From an uncultured Fluviicola sp. (lineage in GTDB: Bacteria > Bacteroidota > Bacteroidia > Flavobacteriales_D > Crocinitomicaceae): 64,000 nucleotides of DNA. The stretch lies in NCBI GenBank assembly GCA_965650275.1, contig CBFGNV010000012.1, positions 3,111 through 67,110 on the forward strand, read 5' to 3'. The translations under genes were made by a program, and so were the position numbers. This document shows positions 28,572 to 38,405 of the stretch, piece after piece (position 1 is the first letter of the stretch; the number at the start of each line of letters is the position of its first letter). The notes below the pieces were generated by a model. That model saw nothing but the letters and a program-made list of their open reading frames with translations. It was not told where the DNA came from and made no database searches.

Positions 28572-29018
28572 TCAAGATTCAGAATCGAGTAGATCCGTTC
28601 TTGTTTCTACATTCTTAACGTATGGCCTGTGTAAAGAGATCATAGTTGCTATAGTAATGAGTACTGATCCTGTGATTGAAATGTAATACCCGATTTCCCT
28701 GGTTGTTCCATGGTAATTAGGTTCGCTCAATAGCTCAAAGCGAATGGCAACATAAGCAATGAACGATAGAAGAAGGTAATAGCCGATTTTGAAGACCAGT
28801 GAGTTCTTAAAATACCCGACACTAAATAAAACCACGTTTGCAATTAATAAACAATACCAGTGTTTTGAATCAATTCCGGTTTTGGTCCAAACTTCATGAG
28901 TTAGATAAGCGTCATAATAATCCGCCTTAAGAATAGGAATCTTGGCTGCCGATAAAAGCAATCCGGCTCCTGTAAAAAGAAGAATCAGTTTGACTGTTTT
29001 GTTGATTTTTGCTGACAT
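28572..29018 (-). CDS. 4-TM membrane protein, tandem paralogue D
   Basis: Shares F.NS..FK, G(Y/F)Y, ISLHRP and DLLDS with its neighbour. Confidence 0.75.
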   Translation of the reverse strand: MSAKINKTVKLILLFTGAGLLLSAAKIPILKADYYDAYLTHEVWTKTGIDSKHWYCLLIANVVLFSVGYFKNSLVFKIGYYLLLSFIAYVAIRFELLSEPNYHGTTREIGYYISITGSVLITIATMISLHRPYVKNVETRTDLLDSES

Positions 29019-29023
29019 TCTGT

Positions 29024-29467
29024 TTATGAATCAAGTAAATCTGCGTAAGCTCCATCCTTCTTTACATGTGGTCGATGCAAGGAAATAATTGTTCCGATTA
29101 CCAGCAATCCAAATCCAATTTGTTGAACATAGAAACCATATTCCAAATTGTTTGTAAAGCCATTCGTGTCCCGGGAAAAAGTCATTGAAAAAACAACTAC
29201 AAGAAATAGAACGATTGCCAATACTGTGTAATGTGCTATTTTAAAGAAAAGTGAGTTTCGGAAAAAACTGAGAAGAAACAATAACGCTCCTCCAACAACA
29301 ACCAAAGACCAAAGTGGTACTTCAGTTCCAACATATTCTTTGCACAAGTATTGAGATTGAGGAAGAAGAGGACTGCTAAAACACATAGAAGCAACAACCA
29401 ATCTGGAGGAAATCAACATAAGGATAGCTCCGATAATGATGAAGGAGTATTTGGTGAGTTTAATCAC
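29024..29467 (-). CDS. 4-TM membrane protein, tandem paralogue C
   Basis: FRNSLFFK, YGFY, IISLHRPH...DLLDS. Confidence 0.75.
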   Translation of the reverse strand: MIKLTKYSFIIIGAILMLISSRLVVASMCFSSPLLPQSQYLCKEYVGTEVPLWSLVVVGGALLFLLSFFRNSLFFKIAHYTVLAIVLFLVVVFSMTFSRDTNGFTNNLEYGFYVQQIGFGLLVIGTIISLHRPHVKKDGAYADLLDS

Positions 29468-29480
29468 TTTTGGATTGATG

Positions 29481-29927
29481 TTATGAGTTTCTGTTAAGGT
29501 ATTCGTTTATTTGCTTTGAGTGCAATGAAATTACCGTTGATATAACAACGCAGAAAACACCACTCAACTCGAATTTCAAAGAATTTTCTAAAACGAGAAT
29601 AAATGATGATGCTCCCCACGTATTCATAGAAAGCCCTGTGAACGCTGATGCTATTGGAGTAAGAATTAAAAGACAACCGTAGAATGCTGTTTTCGTTCCA
29701 GTAGAAGAGTAAAAAAAGCCAATCGAAAATACGATGGCAGTTATAATTACCCAAAGAATCCAGGCTGGATGCTCATATCCTTTTGTGTATTCTGTATAAA
29801 TGCTCTCCCAATTGTCAAACTCTCTAAAAACCTCTTGTGATGTAAAGTTTAGCTGTGAACTGTAGGCAATAAGTACTATTCCTATGAATAACAGAATGTA
29901 TTTTATCGTTTTTGGATTCATTTTCAA
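29481..29927 (-). CDS. 4-TM membrane protein, tandem paralogue B
   Basis: Same topology; NTWG loop and VISLH. Confidence 0.7.
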   Translation of the reverse strand: MKMNPKTIKYILLFIGIVLIAYSSQLNFTSQEVFREFDNWESIYTEYTKGYEHPAWILWVIITAIVFSIGFFYSSTGTKTAFYGCLLILTPIASAFTGLSMNTWGASSFILVLENSLKFELSGVFCVVISTVISLHSKQINEYLNRNS

Positions 29928-30352
29928 TAGTCAGCTTTTTCAAAATAATCAGTTGTCAAAAATGCTCCAACAGTTAAAACAATGTCACCAAATAAAAGAA
30001 ATAACATTCCGCTTCCAGTATAACCGCTGATTGGCCCACCCCAGTTAAATGTTGAAATTTCCCCACTAACTTTAGTAACAATGAGCGTAAAAAGTCCTGT
30101 TAAAACAATAAAAACTTTGGCAATTGTTCCTTTTCCGTAATTACCAATAACTAAGGGTACAAGAATCAGAAAAAGGTTTAAATAGAAAATACCACTTACC
30201 AGCCCATAATTAATGGTGTCAATTGTATTCCATTCGTCTTGGGGAGTAGGATCCAATCTTGAGTCTATTGTAACTGGCAAAAACCAGGCAATTCCAATCA
30301 GAATGAAGCCAATCGAAGTAATGATTTGGTGTGTTTTTACATTTTCGAACAT
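29924..30352 (-). CDS. 4-TM membrane protein, tandem paralogue A (most diverged)
   Basis: Same length and topology; FNWGG loop. Confidence 0.65.
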   Translation of the reverse strand: MFENVKTHQIITSIGFILIGIAWFLPVTIDSRLDPTPQDEWNTIDTINYGLVSGIFYLNLFLILVPLVIGNYGKGTIAKVFIVLTGLFTLIVTKVSGEISTFNWGGPISGYTGSGMLFLLFGDIVLTVGAFLTTDYFEKADY

Positions 30353-30354
30353 TC

Positions 30355-31269
30355 TTACATCTGCTCAAGGAAAGCAATGCGTTTCTCAATTGGTGGATGC
30401 GTAGAAAACAAACCTCCTAATGCGTTATGATGAATGAACATTTGTTTTACATCGTCACTCTTTACTTCGCTAACATCGCTGTTGCCCGAGATTTTTCTCA
30501 ATGCACTCGCCATCGCTTTTGCATTTCTGGTCATTTCTACTGCTCCTGCATCTGCAAGATATTCGCGTTTACGTGAAAGCGAGAACTTGAATAAAATGGC
30601 AAGTAACCAAGCTACCAAACCAATTGCCAAAGCAATGAGCTGCATGCTTCCATTGTCGTCTTTATCGTCTCTTCTTCTGCCGCCACCCCAAAGAACGGAA
30701 CGGAAAAGAATATCAACTGCAAAAGAGAAAATCCCTACAAAAATGATGGAGATCACCAATAAACGAACGTCCTTATTTTTAATATGTGTCAGCTCATGTG
30801 CAATTACACCTTCCAATTCCTCATCGTTCAAATGTTCGATAATTCCGGTTGTTAACGTCACAGCGTAAGAACTTTCGCTCATACCACTTGCAAATGCGTT
30901 TAACGCTGGCGAATCGATAACGTGTAATTTTGGCATGGTCATACCAATGCTCATACACAGATTTTCCGTAAGGTTATAAACGCGCATGTTCTCTTTACGT
31001 TCAAGAGTTCTTGAGCCTGTAGCAAGATTGATCATAGTTGAATTCGCGAAATACGCAATAGCAAACCAAATTGCTACACCGCCAAGCACAAAAGGAATGG
31101 TTTTGACGTAAGCCATATTGACTTCAGCAATTTTTTCCTTACCGCCATGCGTAAAGAAGAAGAAAGCATAAACCCCGGCTAAAATTAATGTGGGAAATGC
31201 TGCGAGTAATAATACGGATTTCAGATTGTTCTTACTGATCTGAGATTGTAAACCAACGTATGTAGCCAT
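30355..31269 (-). CDS. htpX: M48 zinc metalloprotease HtpX family
   Basis: LNAFASG, GVIAHELTHIKNKD, SRKREYLADA, FSTHPPIEKRI. Confidence 0.93.
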   Translation of the reverse strand: MATYVGLQSQISKNNLKSVLLLAAFPTLILAGVYAFFFFTHGGKEKIAEVNMAYVKTIPFVLGGVAIWFAIAYFANSTMINLATGSRTLERKENMRVYNLTENLCMSIGMTMPKLHVIDSPALNAFASGMSESSYAVTLTTGIIEHLNDEELEGVIAHELTHIKNKDVRLLVISIIFVGIFSFAVDILFRSVLWGGGRRRDDKDDNGSMQLIALAIGLVAWLLAILFKFSLSRKREYLADAGAVEMTRNAKAMASALRKISGNSDVSEVKSDDVKQMFIHHNALGGLFSTHPPIEKRIAFLEQM

Positions 31270-31284
31270 TGAGATAAGTCAAAA

Positions 31285-31380
31285 GTCACACTTCGACATA
31301 CTTCGACAATGCTCAGTACAAGTCGCTCAGTGCGAGAAAGTTAAAAGTAAAACGGTGACTGAGGTTCTCGAAGTCACCGT
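31285..31380. repeat. REP-like repeats: a nested CTTCGAC..CTCAG copy and ACGGTGAC-TGAGGTTCTCGAA-GTCACCGT
   Basis: Perfect 8-bp stem at 31352-31380, lying between lemA and htpX. Confidence 0.7.
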
Positions 31381-31403
31381 TTTTATTTTGAATTTGTTTA
31401 ATC

Positions 31404-31967
31404 TTAAAAAGAAACTTCAGGAGCTTTGTCTAAAGTTTGTCTTTGCTCAACACCAAGGTCGAACATAGGTTCTTTTGTGTAACCTTTCATTCCAGCAATA
31501 ATACTACTTGGGAATTGTTCAATTCCGTTGTTGTATTCTTTTGTAGCCGAGTTGAAGAAACGACGCACAGCAGCCAATTTGTTTTCAATATCTCCAATTT
31601 CGTTTTGAAGGTTCATGAAATTAGCATTTGCCTTTAAGTCTGGATAAGCTTCAATTTGCATGTTGAATCCGTTCATAGCCGCACCCAAAGTTGCTTCTGC
31701 TGCAATTTTCTCAGAAATTGTTCCAGCTTGCATTGCGCGAGAACGGGCTTCAGTAACTCTGATCAATACTTCACTTTCGTGATTCATGTAACCTTTAACA
31801 GCTCCAAGTAATTGAGGAATTAAGTCATAACGTTGCTTCAATTGTACATCGATGTCAGCGAAAGCACTTTCTCTGTTGTTTTTTAATGCAACAAGGCGGT
31901 TGTTGATAGAAACCCACCAAATGATCAAAATCAATACAACACCACCAATAATTAACCCAGGAATCAT
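31404..31967 (-). CDS. lemA: LemA family protein
   Basis: DIDVQLKQRYDLIPQL, EAYPDLKAN.NF..LQ, RRFFN...KEYN..I.QFPS. Confidence 0.95.
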   Translation of the reverse strand: MIPGLIIGGVVLILIIWWVSINNRLVALKNNRESAFADIDVQLKQRYDLIPQLLGAVKGYMNHESEVLIRVTEARSRAMQAGTISEKIAAEATLGAAMNGFNMQIEAYPDLKANANFMNLQNEIGDIENKLAAVRRFFNSATKEYNNGIEQFPSSIIAGMKGYTKEPMFDLGVEQRQTLDKAPEVSF

Positions 31968-32108
31968 AATTCTTATTTATAAATTGTTTTGACTAAAGTA
32001 ATTGTTTTTTAATTCGACAATAGCGAATTGATTTTTTTTGGCTAAAAAAATGATTGAGCGACTTTATTTCGTTTGAATTTGGTGTTGTTCAATTAGTAAT
32101 TGACATTC

Positions 32109-34082
32109 CTATATTTCGATAGCCAACAAGCAGATATCATCGATTTGATCTAATTCTCCTTTCCAGTTGTTAATGGATTTTTCAATGGTTTGAATCTGTT
32201 CTGAAATGCTTTTGCTCATGCTTGATAAAACCACTTCTTTTAGCTGTTTCGATTTGAATTTTTTGCCGTGTTCACCACCAAACTGATCTGGAATTCCATC
32301 TGAGAATAGGTAAATTCGATCACCTTTTGAAATAGAAACGTTGTGGGTGGTGAAATTCTTGTAGTCATGATGATTACCCACCGGTTGTTTATCGCCTTTC
32401 AGTTCAATGATTTCTGTTGAATGCTGTTTCAATATCCAAAGCGGATTATTTGCTCCGGCCCATGTTAATGTCTCGTTTTTCTGATCCCATGCACAAATGG
32501 AAACGTCCATTCCATCGTTTAGATTCATCTGACTCTTGGCAAATTCAGCAAGAATGATCTTTCGTGTTTGAGTTAAAACTTCACCTGGAGTTGAAGCGCC
32601 TGCTTCCAGAATTGCTCTATTCAAGGCATTGTTACAAAGTAAGCTCATGAATGCTCCGGGAACTCCATGCCCGGTGCAATCGGCAACGGCAATGTAAACC
32701 AGGTTTTCTGATTGATGAATCCAGTAGAAATCCCCCGCAACAATGTCTTTCGGCTGGTAAATCAACCCGAACTTTGGAAATGCACTTCTGATCGATTCAA
32801 AAGAAGGAAGAATGGCACTTTGAATGCGTTTCGCGTAGTTGATGGAATCCAGAATTTCGTCGTTCTTTTCTTCCACCATTGCACGCTGTTCATCGATAAT
32901 GCGTTTTTGTCGAGTGGCGATCCTCCATCTGCTGAATAGAATAATTGCGAAAATGGCAATGATGAAAACGATGATTCCCAATGACCAGAAAATGATGTTG
33001 TTTTGAGTTGCGCGAGCCTTGTCCTCTGCTTCCTTTTGGATGTCTTTCTTCAGCTGACGCATTTTCTCGAGTTCGCTTTTCTTTTCGAATTGATAACTCA
33101 ACTCTGTTTCAGCTTCATCCCGAATAGAAGATGCGCTGGTCCAGGCACTTTTAATCTTAAGTGATTTTGTTAAGTATTCGAATGCGGCCTTGAAATCACC
33201 TTTGATTCGTGCAATTTCACTTAAGTTTTCATAGGAATACCAGATACTCTCGTTTCCACCTACTTTTAATCCTATTGCCAATCCCTTTTTGAATTCTGCC
33301 TCGGCTAAATCATACTTTTTTTGCTTCATGTAACATGTTGCAATGTTGTTTATTCCTTTGGATGCGCCGTATTCATCTTTGTACTTCAATCGCAGTTCAA
33401 TACAATCCTTAAAATTTTGAATGGCCTTTTCGTATTGCTTTTTGTCGAGGTAACATAGACCGATATTATTTAAATCATCCATTAAACCAACAGTGTCATT
33501 TCGTTTTTCATCCATCAATTTTGATCGGGTGAAATAATCCAGTGCCTTATCGAAATCTTTTTTGTTCAAGTAACAAATTCCCATGTTGTTATAACACGCT
33601 GAAATGCCATTATCATTCTTAATTCGTTGTCGAATTTTCAGAGCCTTGGTGTGGTAATAAAGTGCCTCATCGTTATTGTTCTGATTGGAATAAATCAGCC
33701 CGATATTACTCATGGAGTAAGCCTGGCCTTCCAAATCCTTTATTTTTTCCTGAATGCGTAGTGCAGTAAAATAACATTTCAGCGATTTGGGATAATCTCC
33801 CTTATAATCGTAGATAATTCCAAGGTTGTTTAAAAGCTTGCCTTCTATTTTTTTGTACTTGTTTTTTCGCGCAATGTACAAGCCTCTGTGGGCATAAATA
33901 ATTCCGGTTTTGTAATGGCCCGTTTGCCAACAAACTTCTGTCGCATTGTTGAGTGCAATAGCTTGTTTTTCAGGAGATTTAATTCTGTTTAATCTGCTCA
34001 ACAAAGTATCTTGTTCAGCCGAAAACGTGAATAATGGCGTTATCAGAATTAAAAAGCAAGAAATGAATACGCTTCTGATCAT
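32109..34082 (-). CDS. Periplasmic TPR sensor-TM-SpoIIE/PP2C phosphatase
   Basis: About 6-7 TPRs (NNLGIIY...), one TM helix, then DIVAGDFYW, VADCTGHGVPGAFMS, DGMD, FSDG, DDI. Confidence 0.9.
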   Translation of the reverse strand: MIRSVFISCFLILITPLFTFSAEQDTLLSRLNRIKSPEKQAIALNNATEVCWQTGHYKTGIIYAHRGLYIARKNKYKKIEGKLLNNLGIIYDYKGDYPKSLKCYFTALRIQEKIKDLEGQAYSMSNIGLIYSNQNNNDEALYYHTKALKIRQRIKNDNGISACYNNMGICYLNKKDFDKALDYFTRSKLMDEKRNDTVGLMDDLNNIGLCYLDKKQYEKAIQNFKDCIELRLKYKDEYGASKGINNIATCYMKQKKYDLAEAEFKKGLAIGLKVGGNESIWYSYENLSEIARIKGDFKAAFEYLTKSLKIKSAWTSASSIRDEAETELSYQFEKKSELEKMRQLKKDIQKEAEDKARATQNNIIFWSLGIIVFIIAIFAIILFSRWRIATRQKRIIDEQRAMVEEKNDEILDSINYAKRIQSAILPSFESIRSAFPKFGLIYQPKDIVAGDFYWIHQSENLVYIAVADCTGHGVPGAFMSLLCNNALNRAILEAGASTPGEVLTQTRKIILAEFAKSQMNLNDGMDVSICAWDQKNETLTWAGANNPLWILKQHSTEIIELKGDKQPVGNHHDYKNFTTHNVSISKGDRIYLFSDGIPDQFGGEHGKKFKSKQLKEVVLSSMSKSISEQIQTIEKSINNWKGELDQIDDICLLAIEI

Positions 34083-34201
34083 ACTACAATATTAAACGTT
34101 TTGTATGCTCACACACAATAATGTGCAAAAAATGCTTCTAAATTTATTATCTTCGCGCACCCAATCCCAACAGAATTCGGGATTCTTTTATTACACAAAA
34201 T

Positions 34202-37200
34202 ATGGAACAACAAGCACCCTACAAATCGAAAAATAATATTCGTATTGTTACAGCAGCATCTTTATTTGATGGTCACGATGCAGCAATCAATATTATGCGT
34301 AGAATCATTCAATCAACTGGTTGTGAGGTGATTCATTTAGGACACGACCGTTCTGTGGAAGAAGTAGTTGATACTGCAATTCAGGAAGATGCGCAGGCAA
34401 TTGCAATGACTTCTTACCAAGGTGGACATACAGAGTACTTCAAATACATGTATGATTTGTTGAAAGAAAAGGGTGCACCGCATATCAAAATCTTTGGAGG
34501 AGGAGGAGGAACTATTCTTCTTTCTGAAATTGAAGAATTACAGGGATATGGAATTACAAGAATTTACCACCCTGATGATGGTCGTTCACTTGGTTTGCAA
34601 GGAATGATCAATGATTTGGTGGAGAAATCGGATTATCCTGTTGGTGATGTTTTAAATGGTGAGATCAATCATATCGAAGAAAAACATGTGCCGTCGATTG
34701 CACGATTGATTTCTGCAGCTGAGAATTTCCCTGAACAATCTGCTCCGGTAATGAGCAAAGTTCATGAGATTGCCTCTAAAAATGATGTTCCTGTTCTTGG
34801 GATTACAGGAACTGGTGGCTCAGGAAAATCTTCTTTGGTGGATGAATTGGTTCGTCGTTTTTTAATGGATTTCCCTGATAAGCAAATTGCTGTTGTTTCT
34901 GTGGATCCATCGAAACGTAAAACTGGTGGAGCTTTGTTGGGGGATAGAATTCGCATGAATGCAATTAAGAACTCACGAGTTTATATGCGTTCATTAGCGA
35001 CGCGTCAATCGAATTTAGCTTTATCAAAACATGTTGCCGAGGCCATTCAAGTTTTGAAAGCAGCAAATTATGACTTGATCATTTTGGAAACTTCCGGAAT
35101 TGGTCAATCGGATACAGAAATCCTGGATCACTCAGATGCGTCTTTATATGTAATGACCCCTGAATACGGTGCAGCTACACAGTTGGAGAAAATCGACATG
35201 TTGGATTTTGCAGATGTTATTGCATTGAATAAATTCGATAAGCGTGGAGCATTGGATGCTTTGCGTGATGTAAGAAAGCAATATCAACGCAACCATGGTT
35301 TGTGGGATAAGAATGTAGATGAAATGCCGGTTTACGGAACCATCGCATCGCAGTTCAACGATCCGGGAATGAATACACTATATAAGATAGTGATGGATAA
35401 AGTGCGTGAGAAAACAAATGCACCACTTGAATCCAAATTTGAGATTACGAAGGAAATGTCGGAGAAGATCTTCGTTATTCCACCAGATAGAACACGTTAC
35501 CTTTCTGAAATTTCTGAAAACAACAGAGGTTTTGATAAGTGGGTGGCGAAGCAAGTTGATGTTGCGGATAGATTATACGGTTTACAGCGTTCAATTGAAA
35601 CAATGCAAAGCTCAACGTTAGATGACAAAGATCGTTTGATAAAAGGTTTGCAGGAAGCTTTTGAAAATGTGAAAAGAGATTTGGATGGACACAACTGGCA
35701 GATTCTTGAAAATTGGGAAGCGAAGAAAGCATCTTACGCTGCACCTGAGTTCATCTTCAAGGTTCGCGATAAAGAATTGAGAATGGCAACGCACACAGAA
35801 TCGTTGTCGCATTCACAAATCCCGAAAGTAGCTCTTCCGAAGTTTAAATCGTGGGGTGATATTTTACGTTGGTCGTTGCAAGAAAATGTTCCAGGTGAAT
35901 TCCCATATACTTCAGGATTGTTCCCTTTCAAAAGAGAAGGTGAGGATCCAACGCGTATGTTTGCTGGTGAAGGTGGTCCTGAAAGAACGAATCGTCGTTT
36001 CCATTATGTAAGTTTAGGGATGCCAGCCAAGCGTTTGTCTACAGCATTTGATTCGGTAACATTATATGGTAATGATCCGGATGTTCGTCCGGATATCTAC
36101 GGTAAAGTGGGTAACTCGGGAGTTTCCATCTGTTGTTTGGATGATGCGAAGAAATTGTATTCAGGTTTCGACCTATCACATCCTGCAACTTCGGTGTCAA
36201 TGACAATTAACGGTCCGGCACCAATGTTACTTGGTTTCTTCATGAATGCTGCCATTGATCAGAATTGTGAGAAATACATTAAGGAAAACGGATTAGAGAA
36301 AGAAGTTGAGGCTAAGATTGTTGCAATCTATAAGAAGAAAGGAGTAACAAGACCGAAATATCAAGGCGACCTTCCGGAAGGAAATGACGGATTGGGATTG
36401 ATGTTGCTTGGTGTAACAGGAGATCAGGTTTTACCTGCAGATGTTTACAATGAAATTAAAGTAGAAACCTTGAAACAAGTTCGTGGAACTGTTCAGGCAG
36501 ATATTTTGAAGGAAGATCAGGCTCAAAACACGTGTATTTTCTCTACAGAATTCGCTTTGCGTTTGATGGGGGATGTTCAGGAATATTTCATTGAGAAACA
36601 AGTTCGTAATTTCTATTCGGTTTCTATTTCAGGATACCACATTGCTGAAGCAGGAGCAAATCCAATTACACAGTTGGCATTTACACTGGCAAATGGATTC
36701 ACTTATGTAGAGTACTATTTAAGTCGTGGAATGGATATCAATGCATTCGGACCAAACTTATCATTCTTCTTTTCGAACGGAATTGATCCTGAATATGCAG
36801 TAATTGGTCGTGTTGCTCGTCGAATCTGGGCTAAAGCTTTGGCGAAGAAGTACGGGGCGAATCCGCGTGCACAAATGTTGAAGTACCATATTCAGACTTC
36901 GGGTCGTTCGCTTCACGCACAGGAAATTGATTTCAACGATATTCGTACAACGCTGCAAGCATTGTATGCAATTTATGATAACTGTAACTCATTGCACACA
37001 AATGCATACGATGAGGCGATTACAACTCCAACTGAAGAATCGGTTCGAAGAGCGATGGCTATTCAATTGATCATTAATCGCGAGTTAGGATTGGCGAAGA
37101 ATGAAAATCCTTTACAAGGTTCATTCATCATTGAAGAGTTAACGGATTTGGTTGAGGAAGCTGTTTTGACAGAATTCGATCGAATTACAGAGCGTGGTGG

Positions 37201-37582
37201 TGTTCTTGGTGCAATGGAAACAATGTATCAGCGCTCTAAAATTCAGGAAGAATCGTTGTACTACGAAACGTTAAAGCACAATGGTGAATTCCCGATTATT
37301 GGTGTAAACACCTTCTTAAGTTCAAAAGGTTCGCCAACGGTTGAGCCGAAAGAAGTCATTCGTGCCTCTGAAGAAGAGAAGCAATATCAAATTGATATGT
37401 TGGGTGAATTACACAAAGCACATGCGGAACATATTCCAGAGTTTGTTGCTTTGTTACAAAGAACGGCGATTCAGAATCAAAACTTGTTCGAACAACTGAT
37501 GGAAGTTTGTAAATACGCCTCTTTAGGTCAAATTACAAAAGCATTGTTTGAAGTAGGAGGACAGTATAGAAGAAATATGTAG
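34202..37582 (+). CDS. icmF: Fused isobutyryl-CoA mutase with MeaB-like GTPase chaperone
   Basis: B12-binding FDGHD; P-loop GTGGSGKSS; LETSGIGQ; mutase barrel with RMFAG (Phe rather than the Tyr of methylmalonyl-CoA mutase RQYAG). Confidence 0.92.
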   Translation: MEQQAPYKSKNNIRIVTAASLFDGHDAAINIMRRIIQSTGCEVIHLGHDRSVEEVVDTAIQEDAQAIAMTSYQGGHTEYFKYMYDLLKEKGAPHIKIFGGGGGTILLSEIEELQGYGITRIYHPDDGRSLGLQGMINDLVEKSDYPVGDVLNGEINHIEEKHVPSIARLISAAENFPEQSAPVMSKVHEIASKNDVPVLGITGTGGSGKSSLVDELVRRFLMDFPDKQIAVVSVDPSKRKTGGALLGDRIRMNAIKNSRVYMRSLATRQSNLALSKHVAEAIQVLKAANYDLIILETSGIGQSDTEILDHSDASLYVMTPEYGAATQLEKIDMLDFADVIALNKFDKRGALDALRDVRKQYQRNHGLWDKNVDEMPVYGTIASQFNDPGMNTLYKIVMDKVREKTNAPLESKFEITKEMSEKIFVIPPDRTRYLSEISENNRGFDKWVAKQVDVADRLYGLQRSIETMQSSTLDDKDRLIKGLQEAFENVKRDLDGHNWQILENWEAKKASYAAPEFIFKVRDKELRMATHTESLSHSQIPKVALPKFKSWGDILRWSLQENVPGEFPYTSGLFPFKREGEDPTRMFAGEGGPERTNRRFHYVSLGMPAKRLSTAFDSVTLYGNDPDVRPDIYGKVGNSGVSICCLDDAKKLYSGFDLSHPATSVSMTINGPAPMLLGFFMNAAIDQNCEKYIKENGLEKEVEAKIVAIYKKKGVTRPKYQGDLPEGNDGLGLMLLGVTGDQVLPADVYNEIKVETLKQVRGTVQADILKEDQAQNTCIFSTEFALRLMGDVQEYFIEKQVRNFYSVSISGYHIAEAGANPITQLAFTLANGFTYVEYYLSRGMDINAFGPNLSFFFSNGIDPEYAVIGRVARRIWAKALAKKYGANPRAQMLKYHIQTSGRSLHAQEIDFNDIRTTLQALYAIYDNCNSLHTNAYDEAITTPTEESVRRAMAIQLIINRELGLAKNENPLQGSFIIEELTDLVEEAVLTEFDRITERGGVLGAMETMYQRSKIQEESLYYETLKHNGEFPIIGVNTFLSSKGSPTVEPKEVIRASEEEKQYQIDMLGELHKAHAEHIPEFVALLQRTAIQNQNLFEQLMEVCKYASLGQITKALFEVGGQYRRNM

Positions 37583-37628
37583 TTGTTGAAAATTGAATAT
37601 CCAGATTTGGGTATGTTTTTATAGAATT

Positions 37629-37659
37629 AGGCTGAAGAATTCATCTTCAGCCTTTTTTT
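37629..37659 (+). terminator. Intrinsic terminator after icmF
   Basis: AGGCTGAAGA/TCTTCAGCCT perfect stem followed by a T-run. Confidence 0.85.
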
Positions 37660-37976
37660 GTGATTGAGTACCATGGTAATTACCGTGTATAATTTAAAGA
37701 ATTAGCTGTACTTTTGTTTACTAATAAACAAAAGCACACTTATTTGTGTAATAAATAACTAAAATACATTTTCATGATCTTTGATTTGTCAATGTTCAGA
37801 TTTATTATTTCGCAAGTTTCGACGAATATCCATATTCTTTCGTTGAATTTTAATCGATATGCTATGCGTAAATAAAGAAAAAGGTTGATTTTACTAAAGA
37901 TTTAGTGTGTTAAGTGTTGTTTTTTAATACATTATGATCACTAAATTGCATCATTATTAACCGAAATTACTATTAC

Positions 37977-38405
37977 ATGGCACTACTACTACGCTGGAAA
38001 GTCCTGCTATTTATTTTCTTTATTCAGAATGGGGTATATGCCCAGAATCAGTTTACAGGAAACTCGTTGGCACCAGATCCATTGGAGGAGCTAATTGCTT
38101 CAATTTATGGAGAAGACTGGCTTGTGAAGAATCAGGAAGCGTCTGACGCTCTCATTAAATGTGTGAATGAGCGTATCAGTTATGTTCAAGTTCCACTCGA
38201 AGGTGAAGATAAAATGCCATTGCTATCATCTTTCCCTCTGATGAACAAGTACAATTCCACTATTGTCGAGATTGATTATTCACTGTTTAATCCGGAGTCG
38301 TTTGTCCCGCTAACCTATAGTCTTCCATTTTTTAGCGACATGACACAGGCTATTCGAGTGGATGGAACTGATTATGTTATAGTTATTCAACCCTTAACAC
38401 GCTAA
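37977..38405 (+). CDS. Small secreted hypothetical protein upstream of a T9SS cargo
   Basis: Signal peptide; C-terminal FNP..F.PL.Y...F.......RVDGTDYVIVI; stop directly abuts the next ATG. Confidence 0.7.
   Translation: MALLLRWKVLLFIFFIQNGVYAQNQFTGNSLAPDPLEELIASIYGEDWLVKNQEASDALIKCVNERISYVQVPLEGEDKMPLLSSFPLMNKYNSTIVEIDYSLFNPESFVPLTYSLPFFSDMTQAIRVDGTDYVIVIQPLTR

Noticed and set aside
37583-37976. Riboswitch (e.g. cobalamin, given the adjacent B12-dependent icmF) in the long AT-rich spacers
   Set aside because: This spacer is downstream of icmF and I saw no B12-box or other aptamer motifs here or at 40476-40908; only short palindromes are present.
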